Assembly: GCA_004524535.1 (NCBI GenBank)
Contig: SDNY01000020.1
Span: forward strand, 1-39,688
Source of the DNA: Promethearchaeota archaeon
GTDB lineage: Archaea; Asgardarchaeota; Lokiarchaeia; Sigyniarchaeales; SOKP01
Direction of reading: 5' to 3'
Length of the DNA: 39,688 nucleotides
Below the pieces are notes generated by a model. The model was not told where the DNA came from and searched no databases. It saw nothing but the letters and a program-made list of their open reading frames with translations. The number at the start of each line of letters is the position of its first letter. The stretch's first letter is position 1. The translations under genes were made by a program, and so were the position numbers. This document shows, piece by piece, positions 39,068 through 39,688 of the stretch.

Positions 39068-39688
39068 TTAAAGAGACTTGGGATCAAGCAAAGGAACGGC
39101 AAAGATTTCCCACACAGGTTTACTATTTAAATTTACCTTCTGAATGGCTCCCTTTAAGAATCGATGATATTTCTCTGGGATATTTTCCACAATATTGACT
39201 AGCTCTCCCTTCCCAGCTTGTTCAATCAGAGGAAGGCACCACTTTTGTGGCACTTTTGCATATATGGCCTCAATCAATACTAATTTTTGATATAATTCAT
39301 GTGACTCTTCGCCAAATTGATTAATGATTTGATCAATATCTTCCCAAAAATCTTTAAAGACCTTTGGTTTAAATTTGTTAGATTTCATCTGACTTTCTAA
39401 TGGCTTCTTATATTTTTCTTCAAACTTTATAGTAATTTCCTCAGCAAGCCCGCTGAGAATGTGTTCGGTGGAGGAGCCAAGAGGCATTTGATAATCGATA
39501 ATTAACACGGATAAAATATGCTCCCCCGGATTGAATCGAGCTTCTAAAGTTCCCGATCGAATTAATGATACACCCGCGGGAAAGTGCAAGTCTTTAGCAA
39601 AATTATTGAGAGCTGATAAAAATCCAGACATTAATTGATCCTTGTCTACTTCCCCAAAATCCACAATTGAATACTTATACAGTAAAAT
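39068..39688 (-). CDS. Longin/roadblock-like domain protein, 5'-partial
   Basis: DQLMSGFLSALNNFAKD motif typical of Asgard longin-like proteins; frame stays open to the window edge (ILLYKYSIVDFG...). Confidence 0.65.
   Translation of the reverse strand: MLLYKYSIVDFGEVDKDQLMSGFLSALNNFAKDLHFPAGVSLIRSGTLEARFNPGEHILSVLIIDYQMPLGSSTEHILSGLAEEITIKFEEKYKKPLESQMKSNKFKPKVFKDFWEDIDQIINQFGEESHELYQKLVLIEAIYAKVPQKWCLPLIEQAGKGELVNIVENIPEKYHRFLKGAIQKVNLNSKPVWEIFAVPLLDPKSL

Noticed and set aside
1-39688. tRNA, rRNA, CRISPR array, transposase, selenoprotein UGA/SECIS
   Set aside because: By eye I saw no GC-rich cloverleaf or rRNA, no regularly spaced repeats, no transposase motifs and no gene broken by an in-frame TGA; covariance-model searches were not run.

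Overview
A very AT-rich archaeal window. It is most consistent with an Asgard archaeon of the Lokiarchaeia/Promethearchaeota type, inferred from longin-like ORFs, Alba, a histone, a Sec11-type signal peptidase, a tungsten AOR and poly-T terminators. The left part is an acyl-CoA/B12 metabolic region: EtfAB, acyl-CoA dehydrogenase, a split B12-dependent acyl-CoA mutase with unusual active-site residues plus MeaB, tandem UroD-fold proteins, a GH3 glucosidase, AOR, a GctAB/IpdAB-like pair, cobO, MaoC and thiolase/DUF35. The right part has signal peptidase, Alba, an uncalled 38-aa secreted-type peptide, a histone, a herA-nurA-mre11-rad50 operon, a beta-CASP nuclease and three related 131-aa membrane proteins. 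Top finding: cobO/btuR is interrupted inside its P-loop by a 31-nt insert (20583-20613) that folds into a bulge-helix-bulge-type splice motif. Cutting it at the canonical tRNA-splicing-endonuclease positions restores GLVQVYFGRGKGKTTAA exactly, making it a candidate BHB mRNA intron in a metabolic gene. All family calls come from motif recognition, not database searches.
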